From Bdellovibrionales bacterium (GTDB lineage: Bacteria; Bdellovibrionota; Bdellovibrionia; Bdellovibrionales; UBA1609), in NCBI GenBank assembly GCA_965199825.1, contig OZ241329.1, positions 1,920,001-1,984,000 of the forward strand: a DNA stretch of 64,000 bases, given 5' to 3'. A program made the position numbers and the translations under genes. A model generated the notes under the pieces. The model was not told where the DNA came from, made no database searches, and saw nothing but the letters and a program-made list of their open reading frames with translations. Every line of letters begins with the position of its first letter. Position 1 is the first letter of the stretch. This document shows positions 1 through 8,974 of this stretch, piece after piece.

Positions 1-334
1 TTTTGGTGGATATGAAAACTATCGCAATTCAAATCAGGCAGGTGCCTATTCGCCTGGATACGATGTGGTAAAACTTGGCCTCACAGCCGAAGCTCCGCTT
101 TTTGCACACTCCGCCTTGAGCGCTGAGGTTTCTTATGGAGTGGGACTCAGTGGAGGATCACTCTATGAACTTGGAGCCCGCTACGATTATTTTTTCCAAA
201 AAAATTGGTCCCTCGGCTTAGGTTTTCGACTGCACTTTTTTGAAGCCGGTAGTGCGGCCCAGGCTCCGTATGGCAACTTGCCGTTTCGTGAGGGATCGGC
301 GGATTCCTATTCCCTCCTAAAATATTACTACTAA
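1..334 (+). CDS. 5'-truncated outer-membrane beta-barrel-like protein
   Basis: Frame is open from base 2 (FGGYENYRNS...). Alternating hydrophobic beta-strand pattern (YELGARYDYFF, WSLGLGFR) and aromatic C-terminus (LLKYYY). Confidence 0.55.
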   Translation, partial: FGGYENYRNSNQAGAYSPGYDVVKLGLTAEAPLFAHSALSAEVSYGVGLSGGSLYELGARYDYFFQKNWSLGLGFRLHFFEAGSAAQAPYGNLPFREGSADSYSLLKYYY

Positions 335-337
335 AAA

Positions 338-355
338 CTGGCCCCTTTAATTGTT
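338..355 (+). repeat. Left terminal inverted repeat of IS
   Basis: Exact reverse complement of 1331-1348. Confidence 0.9.
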
Positions 356-372
356 TTTCAAGTGGTAGTTTT

Positions 373-1299
373 TTAATCCACAAGCCCTGTCAATTCAGAA
401 AATATTTGGTGGGATTTCGTCGCCTTTATTAAAAATTCGTTATGATAAATGGTGTACAGAGCGAGATGGTTGTTGAGATCTTGAATTTTCTTGGTGGTAC
501 ACCAAGTTCTTCGCGACATCCTCTTAAGATTATCCCGAATCATTGCACAGGTATGATTCAAACTGAAGATGGGATCAAAGCCTCCGCGTTTAAGTTCACC
601 TTGTCCGACAACGCAGCCTCTTTTGCCCTTAAAAGTCTTGTGCTCATGATATTTAAAATGTTTTTTTATATCTGCAGAATAATGAGGATTTTTATCGGAG
701 TGGAAGATGCAATCCTTTCGAATCAAAGTTTTAAGTTTTTTAAAAAGCCTAGTGCGAGCTTCAGATCTCTCATCTTTCCGGTAGCCGTATTTAAGCCGAG
801 CTTTCTTGCTTAATAATCCTTTAGCCGGCATCTGGCTGCATTCAACACCAAGGATTCGTCTGGTTTTTTTGTCAACCGCTATCGTGATTGAAATTGGTTT
901 ACACTTGGTATGCTCAAAGGTTTCCATATCGTCAAATTGCACTTCAGTAATGTTTTGCTCTTTGATTTGTTGATCTAAAAAATCAAATGAAAGAGCTGCC
1001 AGAAAACGAAATTTTCTAATTATAGTTTTACGATTTGTTCTTAGAACAAGCGCGGTTCTTCTTTTAGAAAACCCACCACACAGTTTGTGATAAATCGGAA
1101 TATTTAAATTCCGTTTCTTTTGACGATAGCAGACTTCGCGGGTTGCACTTGAAAAACTCTTGTTACATTGAATACAGCAATAGCGTTGAATTTTTTTTTG
1201 ATCGGATTTTCGAAAGAAAAATCCGGCTTTACGAAATCGCATCCGATCTTTTCCGGATATTTTTTCGCAATCACAAACTGGGTTTGATCTCTGATTCAT
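373..1299 (-). CDS. IS1-like transposase (single ORF)
   Basis: N-terminal Cys zinc-ribbon (CDC...CIQC), HTH (FSKRRTALVLRTNRKTIIRK), acidic motifs QFDDMET and HSDKNPHY, and a C-terminal NHTCAMIRDNLKRMSRRTWCTTKK that resembles the IS1 InsB tail. Confidence 0.8.
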   Translation of the reverse strand: MNQRSNPVCDCEKISGKDRMRFRKAGFFFRKSDQKKIQRYCCIQCNKSFSSATREVCYRQKKRNLNIPIYHKLCGGFSKRRTALVLRTNRKTIIRKFRFLAALSFDFLDQQIKEQNITEVQFDDMETFEHTKCKPISITIAVDKKTRRILGVECSQMPAKGLLSKKARLKYGYRKDERSEARTRLFKKLKTLIRKDCIFHSDKNPHYSADIKKHFKYHEHKTFKGKRGCVVGQGELKRGGFDPIFSLNHTCAMIRDNLKRMSRRTWCTTKKIQDLNNHLALYTIYHNEFLIKATKSHQIFSELTGLVD

Positions 1300-1312
1300 T
1301 TCTAATCAGTAG

Positions 1313-1328
1313 AGCAAAGCCTTTGCCA
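1313..1328 (-). promoter_or_regulatory. Putative sigma54 (-24/-12) promoter for the transposase
   Basis: Minus strand reads TGGC-AAAGGCT-TTGCT with canonical spacing, 13 nt upstream of the ATG at 1299. Confidence 0.5.
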
Positions 1329-1330
1329 CG

Positions 1331-1348
1331 AACAATTAAAGGGGCCAG
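1331..1348 (-). repeat. Right terminal inverted repeat of IS
   Basis: Exact reverse complement of 338-355. Confidence 0.9.
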
Positions 1349-1351
1349 CTG

Positions 1352-1633
1352 TTATTTGACAGGTTGGGAGTTGATTGAGAGCTGCGCACTCAACCCCGTA
1401 CCAGTTTCAATCGTACGAGTCGATGTGATGGTAGCTCTCATGCTGACGGTGCCCGCACTGGAGATCACTTGGCCAGGAGAAATCTTAAGAGTGGTTGAAC
1501 CAGAGACCTGCGGAGTTGGTGTGGCCGAATCGGGTGATCTTCCAACCGAACCACTGCCCACAAAATTTGATACCGCTTTTCCGCAACCTAATGCGGATAA
1601 GGATAAACAAATAATGATGAATTGATATCTCAT
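1352..1633 (-). CDS. Small Ser/Thr-rich lipoprotein
   Basis: Signal peptide with lipobox (ALGC). Confidence 0.65.
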   Translation of the reverse strand: MRYQFIIICLSLSALGCGKAVSNFVGSGSVGRSPDSATPTPQVSGSTTLKISPGQVISSAGTVSMRATITSTRTIETGTGLSAQLSINSQPVK

Positions 1634-1651
1634 GATTAACTTATCGGAATT

Positions 1652-1936
1652 TTAGCGAGCATCCTCAAGGGCCTCGCCCATGGCCTGTACCGTTTTTTCG
1701 TACTCGTCAAAAACAGCATTTTCGATCATCTCGCGGGTTTCTTGATTTAAGGGATGGGCAATATCTTTAAATTGGCCGTCTTTTCTTTTCTTTGAAGGCA
1801 TTGCAACGAAGAGACCCTCATTGCCTTTGATCACCTTGAGGTCTCGCACAACAAAACACTCGTCGATGGTCAGAGTAACATAAGCCTTTAGGCGTTCCTC
1901 ATTCACAGGGAACACTTTAACTTCTGTGATCTTCAT
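1652..1936 (-). CDS. spoVG: SpoVG family nucleic-acid-binding regulator
   Basis: MKITEVKV...LKAYVTLT...GLFVAMPSKK...FKDIAHPLN. Start set at ATG 1936 after an AGGAG RBS. Confidence 0.95.
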   Translation of the reverse strand: MKITEVKVFPVNEERLKAYVTLTIDECFVVRDLKVIKGNEGLFVAMPSKKRKDGQFKDIAHPLNQETREMIENAVFDEYEKTVQAMGEALEDAR

Positions 1937-1991
1937 TTTAGTACTCCTGGTGTAAGACATGTCGCAATCTGCGCAGTCGATAATTCCTATT

Positions 1992-1999
1992 TTATCGGC
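1992..1999 (-). promoter_or_regulatory. Putative sigma28 (FliA) -10 box upstream of spoVG
   Basis: Minus strand GCCGATAA is an exact FliA -10 consensus; the -35 element is only a weak match. Confidence 0.35.
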
Positions 2000-2049
2000 A
2001 AACTGGACCTTTGGATAAATTTATTTTGTTTTGTCGCAAAATGAGACGT

Positions 2050-2577
2050 TTAAAACTGAAGACCGAGCATCAAGAGCGATGTTGTGATGATTGGAGTGAC
2101 CAAAAGATAAAATTTTGTATAAGTTTTTTGTGAAAAATTTAAACGAAGAGCGCTCTCGAGTCCGGCGATCGGAACAAATCCCTTGCCGTGATCAAATTCA
2201 AAAAGACGAAAGGGCCTTGCCGCTTTTTGGCGAAAAGCCTCGTCGTCTTGAATGTATCCCCCAGCCGCCAAGCCGAGATATAATTTTTGATTCAAAAATT
2301 TTTGTCCAAGTGAAAATAAACCACCGCTCATCGGCAAACCCACACTGTTGTTGCCAGAAAATCCTGAAAGAGTTAAAAATCTTTTTTGATCTTCACCCAC
2401 GTAGCGAATTCCAAAAAGTGGATTAAAAATAAGTCTGCCGTTTTTAGAAATCTTTTGGACAAATTGATCTGAGCTACCTTCGTCCACAAAGTGAAAGGTG
2501 ATGGCCCCACCAAAAATTTCAAAGGAGCTCAATGCAAAAGTGGGGCTTAAAAAAATGGCAAATAAAACAGCCAACAT
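2050..2577 (-). CDS. Hypothetical secreted beta-barrel-like protein
   Basis: Signal peptide (…PTFA), amphipathic strands, C-terminal Phe. Confidence 0.55.
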   Translation of the reverse strand: MLAVLFAIFLSPTFALSSFEIFGGAITFHFVDEGSSDQFVQKISKNGRLIFNPLFGIRYVGEDQKRFLTLSGFSGNNSVGLPMSGGLFSLGQKFLNQKLYLGLAAGGYIQDDEAFRQKAARPFRLFEFDHGKGFVPIAGLESALRLNFSQKTYTKFYLLVTPIITTSLLMLGLQF

Positions 2578-2586
2578 TTCATAAAA

Positions 2587-3987
2587 CTACTTCAGATAAA
2601 TCAGAAAGGGATGCTCTTGTTTTAAAACGCGTAAAATATTAATTGTTCCGGGCTTAAGCAGTTGGAAAACATCTTGGGGTTTGCTCACAGCCTTGCGGTT
2701 CACATCAAGGATGATATCACCGGGTGCAAGGCCTGCCTTGGCTGCGGGGGAGTGGATCTCCACTTCGGAAATTATGGGCCTTGGTTCGCTCAATCCGGGA
2801 AGCCCCATTTCATCAACCAATGCCTTAGAATATTCCACAGCCGAAAAGCCGTAGCTATTTGGGGCCTTGATGCCCTTTGGAGTTTTAACTTTGCTCACAA
2901 AGGCTTTGCGCTCATCATCTTTTTTGGCCACTTGCACTTTAAGACTTAGCGGTTTGCCACCGCGAATCACTTTCAGATTTACGGTTTCTCCAACGGGGGT
3001 ATTTAAAACATACCGACTCATATCGTTGCGACTGGTCACCGGTTTGCCATTGAATTCTACAATCAAATCGTGATTTTTAATTCCAGCAGTTTCGGCAGGA
3101 GAGTGGGGTCCAACGTCCACAACAAGTGCGCCCTCTTGTTGAACCATGTTGGCGGACTCGGCATATTGCTCGTCGAGATCAAGCATTGCGATTCCAATAT
3201 ATCCGCGCTGAACAATTCCGTTTTTTTCAAGCTGTGGCAAAATCGATTTGACCACATCAATCGGAATTGCAAACCCAAGTCCGGGGCCTCGCTCATCAAT
3301 TGCGGTATTCACCCCAATCACTTCGCCCCGAATGTTGACAAGCGGTCCACCCGAGTTTCCGCGATTGATGCTGGCATCGGTCTGGATAAATGGTGAAATA
3401 TTAATTTCGTTAATCTCACGATTCAGAGCCGACACAATTCCCTTTGTCATTGTGTGACCATGACCATAAGGATTTCCAAATGCAGTGACCCATTCGCCCA
3501 CTTCAAGTTCGCTACTCACTCCGAGGCGCGCCACGGTTAAATGTTTTTTTGTTTTGATGCGCAATAAAGCAATATCGGTTTTGTCGTCTTTGCCGATCAC
3601 TTCGGCGTCGATCAGATCTTTGCTGCCTTCTTCGAGCTGAACTTTAATTACGTCGGCCTGATCGATCACATGATTGTTGGTCACGATCAAGCCATCAGCA
3701 CGAATAATAAATCCTGTGCCTAAGGATTGGGTCGGGCGCTGCTGTGGAGATTGTCCACCGAGTTGCTCGAGCATTTCGGAAAATGGATCTTGAGGACCAA
3801 GACCACGTCGTCGTCCCATCATCTGATGGGGGAGTTGTGTGGTGTTGATATTGACCACTGCAGGATTTACCGCTTTTGAGATTTCAACAAAAATATTTGT
3901 GGGTAGGGGATCACTTTTTTTAAGCTTTAGCAGGTCGGTTTTTTCTTGAGCAAAGGCACAGCCCAAAATCATCAAGATCATCAACAT
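2587..3987 (-). CDS. degP: DegP/HtrA (Do) serine protease with two PDZ domains
   Basis: TNNHV, TDIALL, QTDASINRGNSGGPL catalytic motifs and two PDZ-like repeats. Confidence 0.9.
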   Translation of the reverse strand: MLMILMILGCAFAQEKTDLLKLKKSDPLPTNIFVEISKAVNPAVVNINTTQLPHQMMGRRRGLGPQDPFSEMLEQLGGQSPQQRPTQSLGTGFIIRADGLIVTNNHVIDQADVIKVQLEEGSKDLIDAEVIGKDDKTDIALLRIKTKKHLTVARLGVSSELEVGEWVTAFGNPYGHGHTMTKGIVSALNREINEINISPFIQTDASINRGNSGGPLVNIRGEVIGVNTAIDERGPGLGFAIPIDVVKSILPQLEKNGIVQRGYIGIAMLDLDEQYAESANMVQQEGALVVDVGPHSPAETAGIKNHDLIVEFNGKPVTSRNDMSRYVLNTPVGETVNLKVIRGGKPLSLKVQVAKKDDERKAFVSKVKTPKGIKAPNSYGFSAVEYSKALVDEMGLPGLSEPRPIISEVEIHSPAAKAGLAPGDIILDVNRKAVSKPQDVFQLLKPGTINILRVLKQEHPFLIYLK

Positions 3988-4005
3988 GAAAAACTCCTAG
4001 TTTTT

Positions 4006-4299
4006 TTAGGGCGCTTTGGTTTGCGCTTGGACAAACTTCATTTGTAAATCATGAATGATAAAATCGAGAAATGAAGATTCCTCCTTACTCAAATTATTTT
4101 TGGTCTTCTCTTTTAAAATCAAAAGGAGATCTATATTAAACTGAGCCATTTCAAAATTGACCTCGACTTTTTGGGTCTGAGGATTCGGGGCTTGGCCTAA
4201 GGCCATCATTGCCGAGCTCCCGATCGAGAGGACAAGGGTTGAAAATTGGGCGGCTAATTGTGGGCTCTCGGGTTGCCGGTCTTTTTGTTCGTCTGCCAT
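4006..4299 (-). CDS. DUF1844-like protein
   Basis: FSTLVLS..AMMALG..PNP..AQFNIDLL..LKEKTKNNLSKEE pattern typical of DUF1844. Confidence 0.8.
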   Translation of the reverse strand: MADEQKDRQPESPQLAAQFSTLVLSIGSSAMMALGQAPNPQTQKVEVNFEMAQFNIDLLLILKEKTKNNLSKEESSFLDFIIHDLQMKFVQAQTKAP

Positions 4300-4314
4300 A
4301 AACCTTTGCTTTTG

Positions 4315-5154
4315 TTAGAGGGGATAATAACCCAGCAAGTGTTCGATGCGACGTTGAATGCTGGGTTGCACCCGAAAATACTGAGGCTTTTTGCTTGCCG
4401 TCAAGGGATTCACAATAAACAAATGGGCCATGGATGGAGAAATTTCCATAGGAAAAGTTGCGGCATAACTTTCTAATTTCCAAAGAACAACCGCAAGCCC
4501 GCGTGCATTTTTAATTTGATTGGCCGCTTCTTGATCGGCCTGCAAATAATTTCTTGGGCCCACAATCAATCGCACCGCAAGAGCCGCAAAGGGATAAGCC
4601 ATTTTTGTAAAAACGCGGGGCCGTCGATTGCCTCCGCCTGCACCCACCACAAAGCCAATCACCCGATCTAAAAATTGGGCGCTCATCAAAATCCCATCGC
4701 TAAATGCATTGGCCACCTGAAATGAAAAAGTATCGAGCCGCTCGATGCGTGTGAGTTCCACTGCCACAACCGCTTCGATCTCTTCGGCATTAAAAACTTT
4801 TAATAATCCGCGAGTGAGACAAATTTTTGCGCTCTTCCAACTGCGTCCCACCGAAAAAGCCTGGGGGGTGTCATGCTCCACAATATAAACTTCGGGAGGT
4901 GGAAGTTTCATCTGAGCCGAGAGTTTTTTTACCAACGGCAACAGATTCCATGGATCTTGACCGAGCACACGCTCACCGCCAAATAAATTTAAAGTGCGAA
5001 GATCACCATAAAAAAAGACAAGGGTATTGATGCCAAGCGCTAATCCCACTCCGATAATCAACCCCTGACGATCGAGCAAAATATAACCCGCAACAGTTAA
5101 AAAAAGTGAAAGACAAAATAAAAAAAACCAGGCTTTAAGTGGACCTCTTGACAT
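4315..5154 (-). CDS. HtpX/M48-family membrane protein with degenerate zinc site
   Basis: Two N-terminal TM helices, PQAFSVGR, LTRGLL, EIEAVVAVEL, AHLFIVNP, PSIQRRIEHL. HExxH is replaced by VELTR. Confidence 0.8.
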   Translation of the reverse strand: MSRGPLKAWFFLFCLSLFLTVAGYILLDRQGLIIGVGLALGINTLVFFYGDLRTLNLFGGERVLGQDPWNLLPLVKKLSAQMKLPPPEVYIVEHDTPQAFSVGRSWKSAKICLTRGLLKVFNAEEIEAVVAVELTRIERLDTFSFQVANAFSDGILMSAQFLDRVIGFVVGAGGGNRRPRVFTKMAYPFAALAVRLIVGPRNYLQADQEAANQIKNARGLAVVLWKLESYAATFPMEISPSMAHLFIVNPLTASKKPQYFRVQPSIQRRIEHLLGYYPL

Positions 5155-5231
5155 GATTGAAGATTATATCGATTGCCCAATGGCAGTTACAACTGTGAAA
5201 ATGGGGCTCTCAAAAAAAAGGAGACCACTTC

Positions 5232-6227
5232 GTGAGTATTGATCTAGCAAATTTAAATGAGGCCATTCGTCGTGAGAGTCAGTTTGTCGAAAAAACCTTG
5301 AATGAAGTCCAGAAAATCGTGGTGGGACAAACCGAAATGCTCGAGGGCATCCTGATGGGCTTACTGACCGGGGGCCACGTCCTTTTAGAGGGTGTACCGG
5401 GTCTTGCAAAAACATTGACGATTTCAACAATCTCAAAGGCGATTTCGCTTCAGTTTCAACGCATCCAATTTACGCCTGATCTTTTACCCACCGATTTAAT
5501 CGGAACCATGATCTTTAATCCTCAGTCTGGAGAATTTGCTCCTAAAAAAGGGCCAATATTTACCAACATAGTTTTGGCCGATGAGATCAACCGTGCACCA
5601 GCAAAAGTTCAGTCCGCATTGCTTGAGGCCATGGCCGAAAAGCAGGTGACGATTGGCGACACCACTTACCGTTTAGAAAAACCTTTTTTGGTCTTGGCCA
5701 CCCAAAATCCTTTGGAACAAGAGGGAACTTACCCTTTGCCCGAAGCTCAGCTTGATCGCTTTATGTTCAAGATCGTTGTGACCTATCCAAAAAAAGAAGA
5801 AGAGCTGCAAATCTTAAACAAAATGTCTTCAGACGTTTTGCCAGACATCATTCCTGTGGTCAGTCGCGAAGAGCTATTAAGAGCAAGGTCTTTGATTGAA
5901 GGCCTTTATATGGACGATAAAATCAAAAACTATATTGTCGAAATTGTCATGGCCACAAGAAAACCAAAAGAATATGGCCTTGGCCAAATCGCAAATCTTT
6001 TGCAAGTGGGAGCTTCACCTCGGGCAACCATCAATCTGACCAAAGCGGGCCGTGCTCATGCGTTTTTGCGCGGGCGAGGATTTGTGACTGCCGAAGATAT
6101 CAAGGCTGTGGCTTATCATATTCTTCGCCATCGTTTGATTTTGTCTTATGAGGCCGAGGCCGAAGGAATTGGTGCGGAAGAAGTCATAAAAGAAGTTTTG
6201 GCTCACGTTGAGGTTCCGAAGGTTTAA
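5232..6227 (+). CDS. moxR: MoxR family AAA+ ATPase
   Basis: HVLLEGVPGLAKT, RIQFTPDLLPTD, LADEINRAPAKVQSALLEAM, ATQNPLEQEGTYPLPEAQLDRF. Confidence 0.95.
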   Translation: MSIDLANLNEAIRRESQFVEKTLNEVQKIVVGQTEMLEGILMGLLTGGHVLLEGVPGLAKTLTISTISKAISLQFQRIQFTPDLLPTDLIGTMIFNPQSGEFAPKKGPIFTNIVLADEINRAPAKVQSALLEAMAEKQVTIGDTTYRLEKPFLVLATQNPLEQEGTYPLPEAQLDRFMFKIVVTYPKKEEELQILNKMSSDVLPDIIPVVSREELLRARSLIEGLYMDDKIKNYIVEIVMATRKPKEYGLGQIANLLQVGASPRATINLTKAGRAHAFLRGRGFVTAEDIKAVAYHILRHRLILSYEAEAEGIGAEEVIKEVLAHVEVPKV

Positions 6228-6240
6228 AGGAACACACTCA

Positions 6241-7116
6241 ATGAGTTTACCACCAGAAATTTTAAAAAAAGTAAAACTCTTGGAAATCAGTACCAGAAAG
6301 ATTGTGAACAATCTTTTTGCGGGCGAATTCAAATCTTCATTTCGTGGGCAGGGAATGATGTTTTCTGAATTTCGCGAATATGTTCCTGGCGATGATGTCA
6401 GGCATATTTCTTGGCCATTGATGGCGCGCTCAGGAAAACTTTTTATCAAAAAATTTGATGAAGAGCGCGAGATGACATTTATGTTGGCGGTCGACATCAG
6501 TGGCTCCGGAGATTTTGGAACAAAAAAATATTTTAAAGGTGAAGTGATCAACTATATTGCGGCAATTCTTTGTTTTTCTGCGCTTCGCAATAAAGATCCT
6601 GTTGGGCTTTTGCTATTTTCTGATCGAATTGAGCACTATGTGCCACCAAAAAAGGGTCGCGGTCATGTGCACCGGATTATGCGTGATCTGTTTTTCTTTA
6701 AGCCCCAATCGCGAGGGACAAATATTTCGGTGGCGATGGATTATCTGTTGGGGGTTTTAAAAAAACGGGCAAACATTTTTATCTGCAGCGATTTTTTGGA
6801 TCGTGGATTTCAAAAAAAACTACGCCAAATTGGTAAAAAACACGATGCCGCAGCGGTGGTGGTTGGTGATCCTGCAGAACTGGATTTGCCTAATCTCGGT
6901 TTAGTGGACCTTGAGGATCCCGAGACCGGCGAGATTTTTACGGTGGACACCAGCTCAAAAACATTTCGAAATTCATTTAAACAAAAGATCACCGAGCAGC
7001 AGTTTGAGCGCGATCAAGAATTGAAGCGTTCAGGCATTGATCTGATTCCTGTGCAAACAAGCCAAGATGTGATTGAGCCCTTACTTAAATTTTTCGGCAA
7101 AAGGAGTCGCCGGTGA
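6241..7116 (+). CDS. DUF58 (VWA-like) protein
   Basis: FSEFREYVPGDDVRHISW, VDISGS. Typical MoxR partner; start at ATG 6241. Confidence 0.9.
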   Translation: MSLPPEILKKVKLLEISTRKIVNNLFAGEFKSSFRGQGMMFSEFREYVPGDDVRHISWPLMARSGKLFIKKFDEEREMTFMLAVDISGSGDFGTKKYFKGEVINYIAAILCFSALRNKDPVGLLLFSDRIEHYVPPKKGRGHVHRIMRDLFFFKPQSRGTNISVAMDYLLGVLKKRANIFICSDFLDRGFQKKLRQIGKKHDAAAVVVGDPAELDLPNLGLVDLEDPETGEIFTVDTSSKTFRNSFKQKITEQQFERDQELKRSGIDLIPVQTSQDVIEPLLKFFGKRSRR

Positions 7117-7970
7117 GCGACGTCGTTGAAAATCCCCTCTCAGTACCGGCCGAAGTGGTAAAGAATTATCCTGAATGGAATTGTGAATTTCGTTTTCCAC
7201 AAGAAAAATTAACAGCGGGATCTTTATGGCAAATGCAATGTCATGGCGATCAAGATATCGAACTTAAACCCCCACTCACGATTCAATTTCCAAAAGACGA
7301 CCAGAGTTATGCTTTACAAATCTTGGAAGTCAAAAACTTAACTCCACGTGGTGGGGATTTTTTGGTAACCGGATACCGGCCTGGTGAACATCAGCCGCCC
7401 TATGTGGTGATCACCGATTACAAATCGGCCATCCGTGTGGACAATCTCAAATGGAAAATTGAGAGCGTGATTGAACAAAACCAAGCCCAACCGCCCCAAC
7501 CATTTCCGCCTTATGGGCCCTTTAACTTGTCGCCACCTTGGTGGTATCAGGTTTCATTTTATGGAGTAGGCATCCTTGTTTTAGCCATCCTCTGTGCGGC
7601 ACTGATTTTATTTTTAAAAAAACAAAAAAATCAACGTCAGCTGATTAAATTAAATTCTGCTCTTACCCCGTACATGCAGTTTCATAAAAATATTCGTGGG
7701 CTCGATATGACTAAGGATGTAAGAAGCGAAATTGAACAAGTCATTCGACTCTATGTTTCGCGGCGATTTCAATTTTATGCTATTGATTTAAAGCCCAAAC
7801 GAATTTTAGCAAAAATAAAAACTCAATTGTCTCACGATCAGTTTGAAAGTTTTAAAAATTTAATTCTCGAGCTTGGTTCTTTAAATAATCAATCGCTGGA
7901 TACCAACGATTCTCAGCAACTGATTCTTATGGCCCAAAATACGGTGGATGAACTGGAGAAATCGCGGTGA
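7113..7970 (+). CDS. Hypothetical membrane protein of the bat operon
   Basis: Overlaps both neighbours; single TM helix after a Pro-rich linker. Confidence 0.7.
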   Translation: MSDVVENPLSVPAEVVKNYPEWNCEFRFPQEKLTAGSLWQMQCHGDQDIELKPPLTIQFPKDDQSYALQILEVKNLTPRGGDFLVTGYRPGEHQPPYVVITDYKSAIRVDNLKWKIESVIEQNQAQPPQPFPPYGPFNLSPPWWYQVSFYGVGILVLAILCAALILFLKKQKNQRQLIKLNSALTPYMQFHKNIRGLDMTKDVRSEIEQVIRLYVSRRFQFYAIDLKPKRILAKIKTQLSHDQFESFKNLILELGSLNNQSLDTNDSQQLILMAQNTVDELEKSR

Positions 7971-8974
7971 TCACCTGGCATAATCCAGAAGCATTTTTAT
8001 TATTCCTAGCACTGCCAATCGTGTGTGCGTGGATTTTTTATCGTCGTAAAAAATTAAAACCCACATTGCAGTTCAGTGGTGTGGCCCAATTTCAAAACAT
8101 AAAAAAAACACCGCGGATGTTTTTTAAGCACTTGCCTCTGATTTTAAAATTATTCTCGTTTATTTTTGCAATCTTGGCACTTGCGCGTCCTCAGTTGGTC
8201 GATCAAAAAATAAAACGCAATGTCGAAGGTATTGATATTATGATCACCCTCGATATTTCGGATTCGATGTTGATTGAGGATATGCAGCCCGAAAATCGCC
8301 TCGAATCCTCAAAGTACATGATTCAAAAATTTATCGAAGGGCGCTCCTCAGACCGGATCGGTCTGGTTATTTTTTCGGGCGAGAGTTATACGCGCGTGCC
8401 GCTCACACTTGATTATCCGCTACTCCTTAAAAGTGTAAAAGCCATTGAGATCACCAGAAATATAAAAATGGGCACTGCTATTGGGGTGGCCCTGGCCAAT
8501 GCGGTTGCTCGACTCAAAGAATCCACCGCAAAAAGTCGGGTGATTGTGTTTTTAACCGATGGCGAAAACAACACAGGCACGATTGATCCGATCACCGCTC
8601 TTGATATTGCCAAAGGTTATAAAATTCGAGTCTACAGTATCGGTATGGGTAAGGATGGCGAGTCGCAATTGCCGGTCTATCTTGAAGACAGTATGGGTCG
8701 ACGAATCAAACGCTATCGCCCAATTCACTCGGATATCAATGTAGAATTGTTAGAACGGATGGCTTCCGAAACCGGTGGAAAATTTTGGCGCGCCACCACA
8801 GGTAAGGCTTTAGAAGAAGCCTTTAAGGAAATTGATTCGCTCGAAAAAACCCAAATTGAACTTAACCAATATTCTAAATATACCGAAAAATATCTTTTGT
8901 TTTTAGAAATCGCGGCCGCCCTTTACGCACTCTCATTAGTTTTATCCCGAACCCTCTTAAGGCGGATGCCATGA
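7967..8974 (+). CDS. batA: BatA-like VWA membrane protein
   Basis: N-terminal double TM, LALARPQ, MIDAS DISDSM, GTAIG, LTDGENN. Confidence 0.85.
   Translation: MITWHNPEAFLLFLALPIVCAWIFYRRKKLKPTLQFSGVAQFQNIKKTPRMFFKHLPLILKLFSFIFAILALARPQLVDQKIKRNVEGIDIMITLDISDSMLIEDMQPENRLESSKYMIQKFIEGRSSDRIGLVIFSGESYTRVPLTLDYPLLLKSVKAIEITRNIKMGTAIGVALANAVARLKESTAKSRVIVFLTDGENNTGTIDPITALDIAKGYKIRVYSIGMGKDGESQLPVYLEDSMGRRIKRYRPIHSDINVELLERMASETGGKFWRATTGKALEEAFKEIDSLEKTQIELNQYSKYTEKYLLFLEIAAALYALSLVLSRTLLRRMP

Larger units (their letters stand above)
338..1348 (-). mobile_element. IS1-like insertion sequence (~1011 bp)
   Basis: Perfect 18-bp terminal inverted repeats ctggcccctttaattgtt (338-355) / aacaattaaaggggccag (1331-1348) bracket a single transposase ORF. 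Confidence 0.85.

Noticed and set aside
325..1362. Target-site duplication for the IS
   Set aside because: Only a 3-nt ctg coincidence (338-340 / 1349-1351) that overlaps the TIR itself; not convincing.
2033..2047. Imperfect dyad gtcgca-aaa-tgagac as a regulator site
   Set aside because: Only one clear instance (plus a weak one at 60077); insufficient to call.
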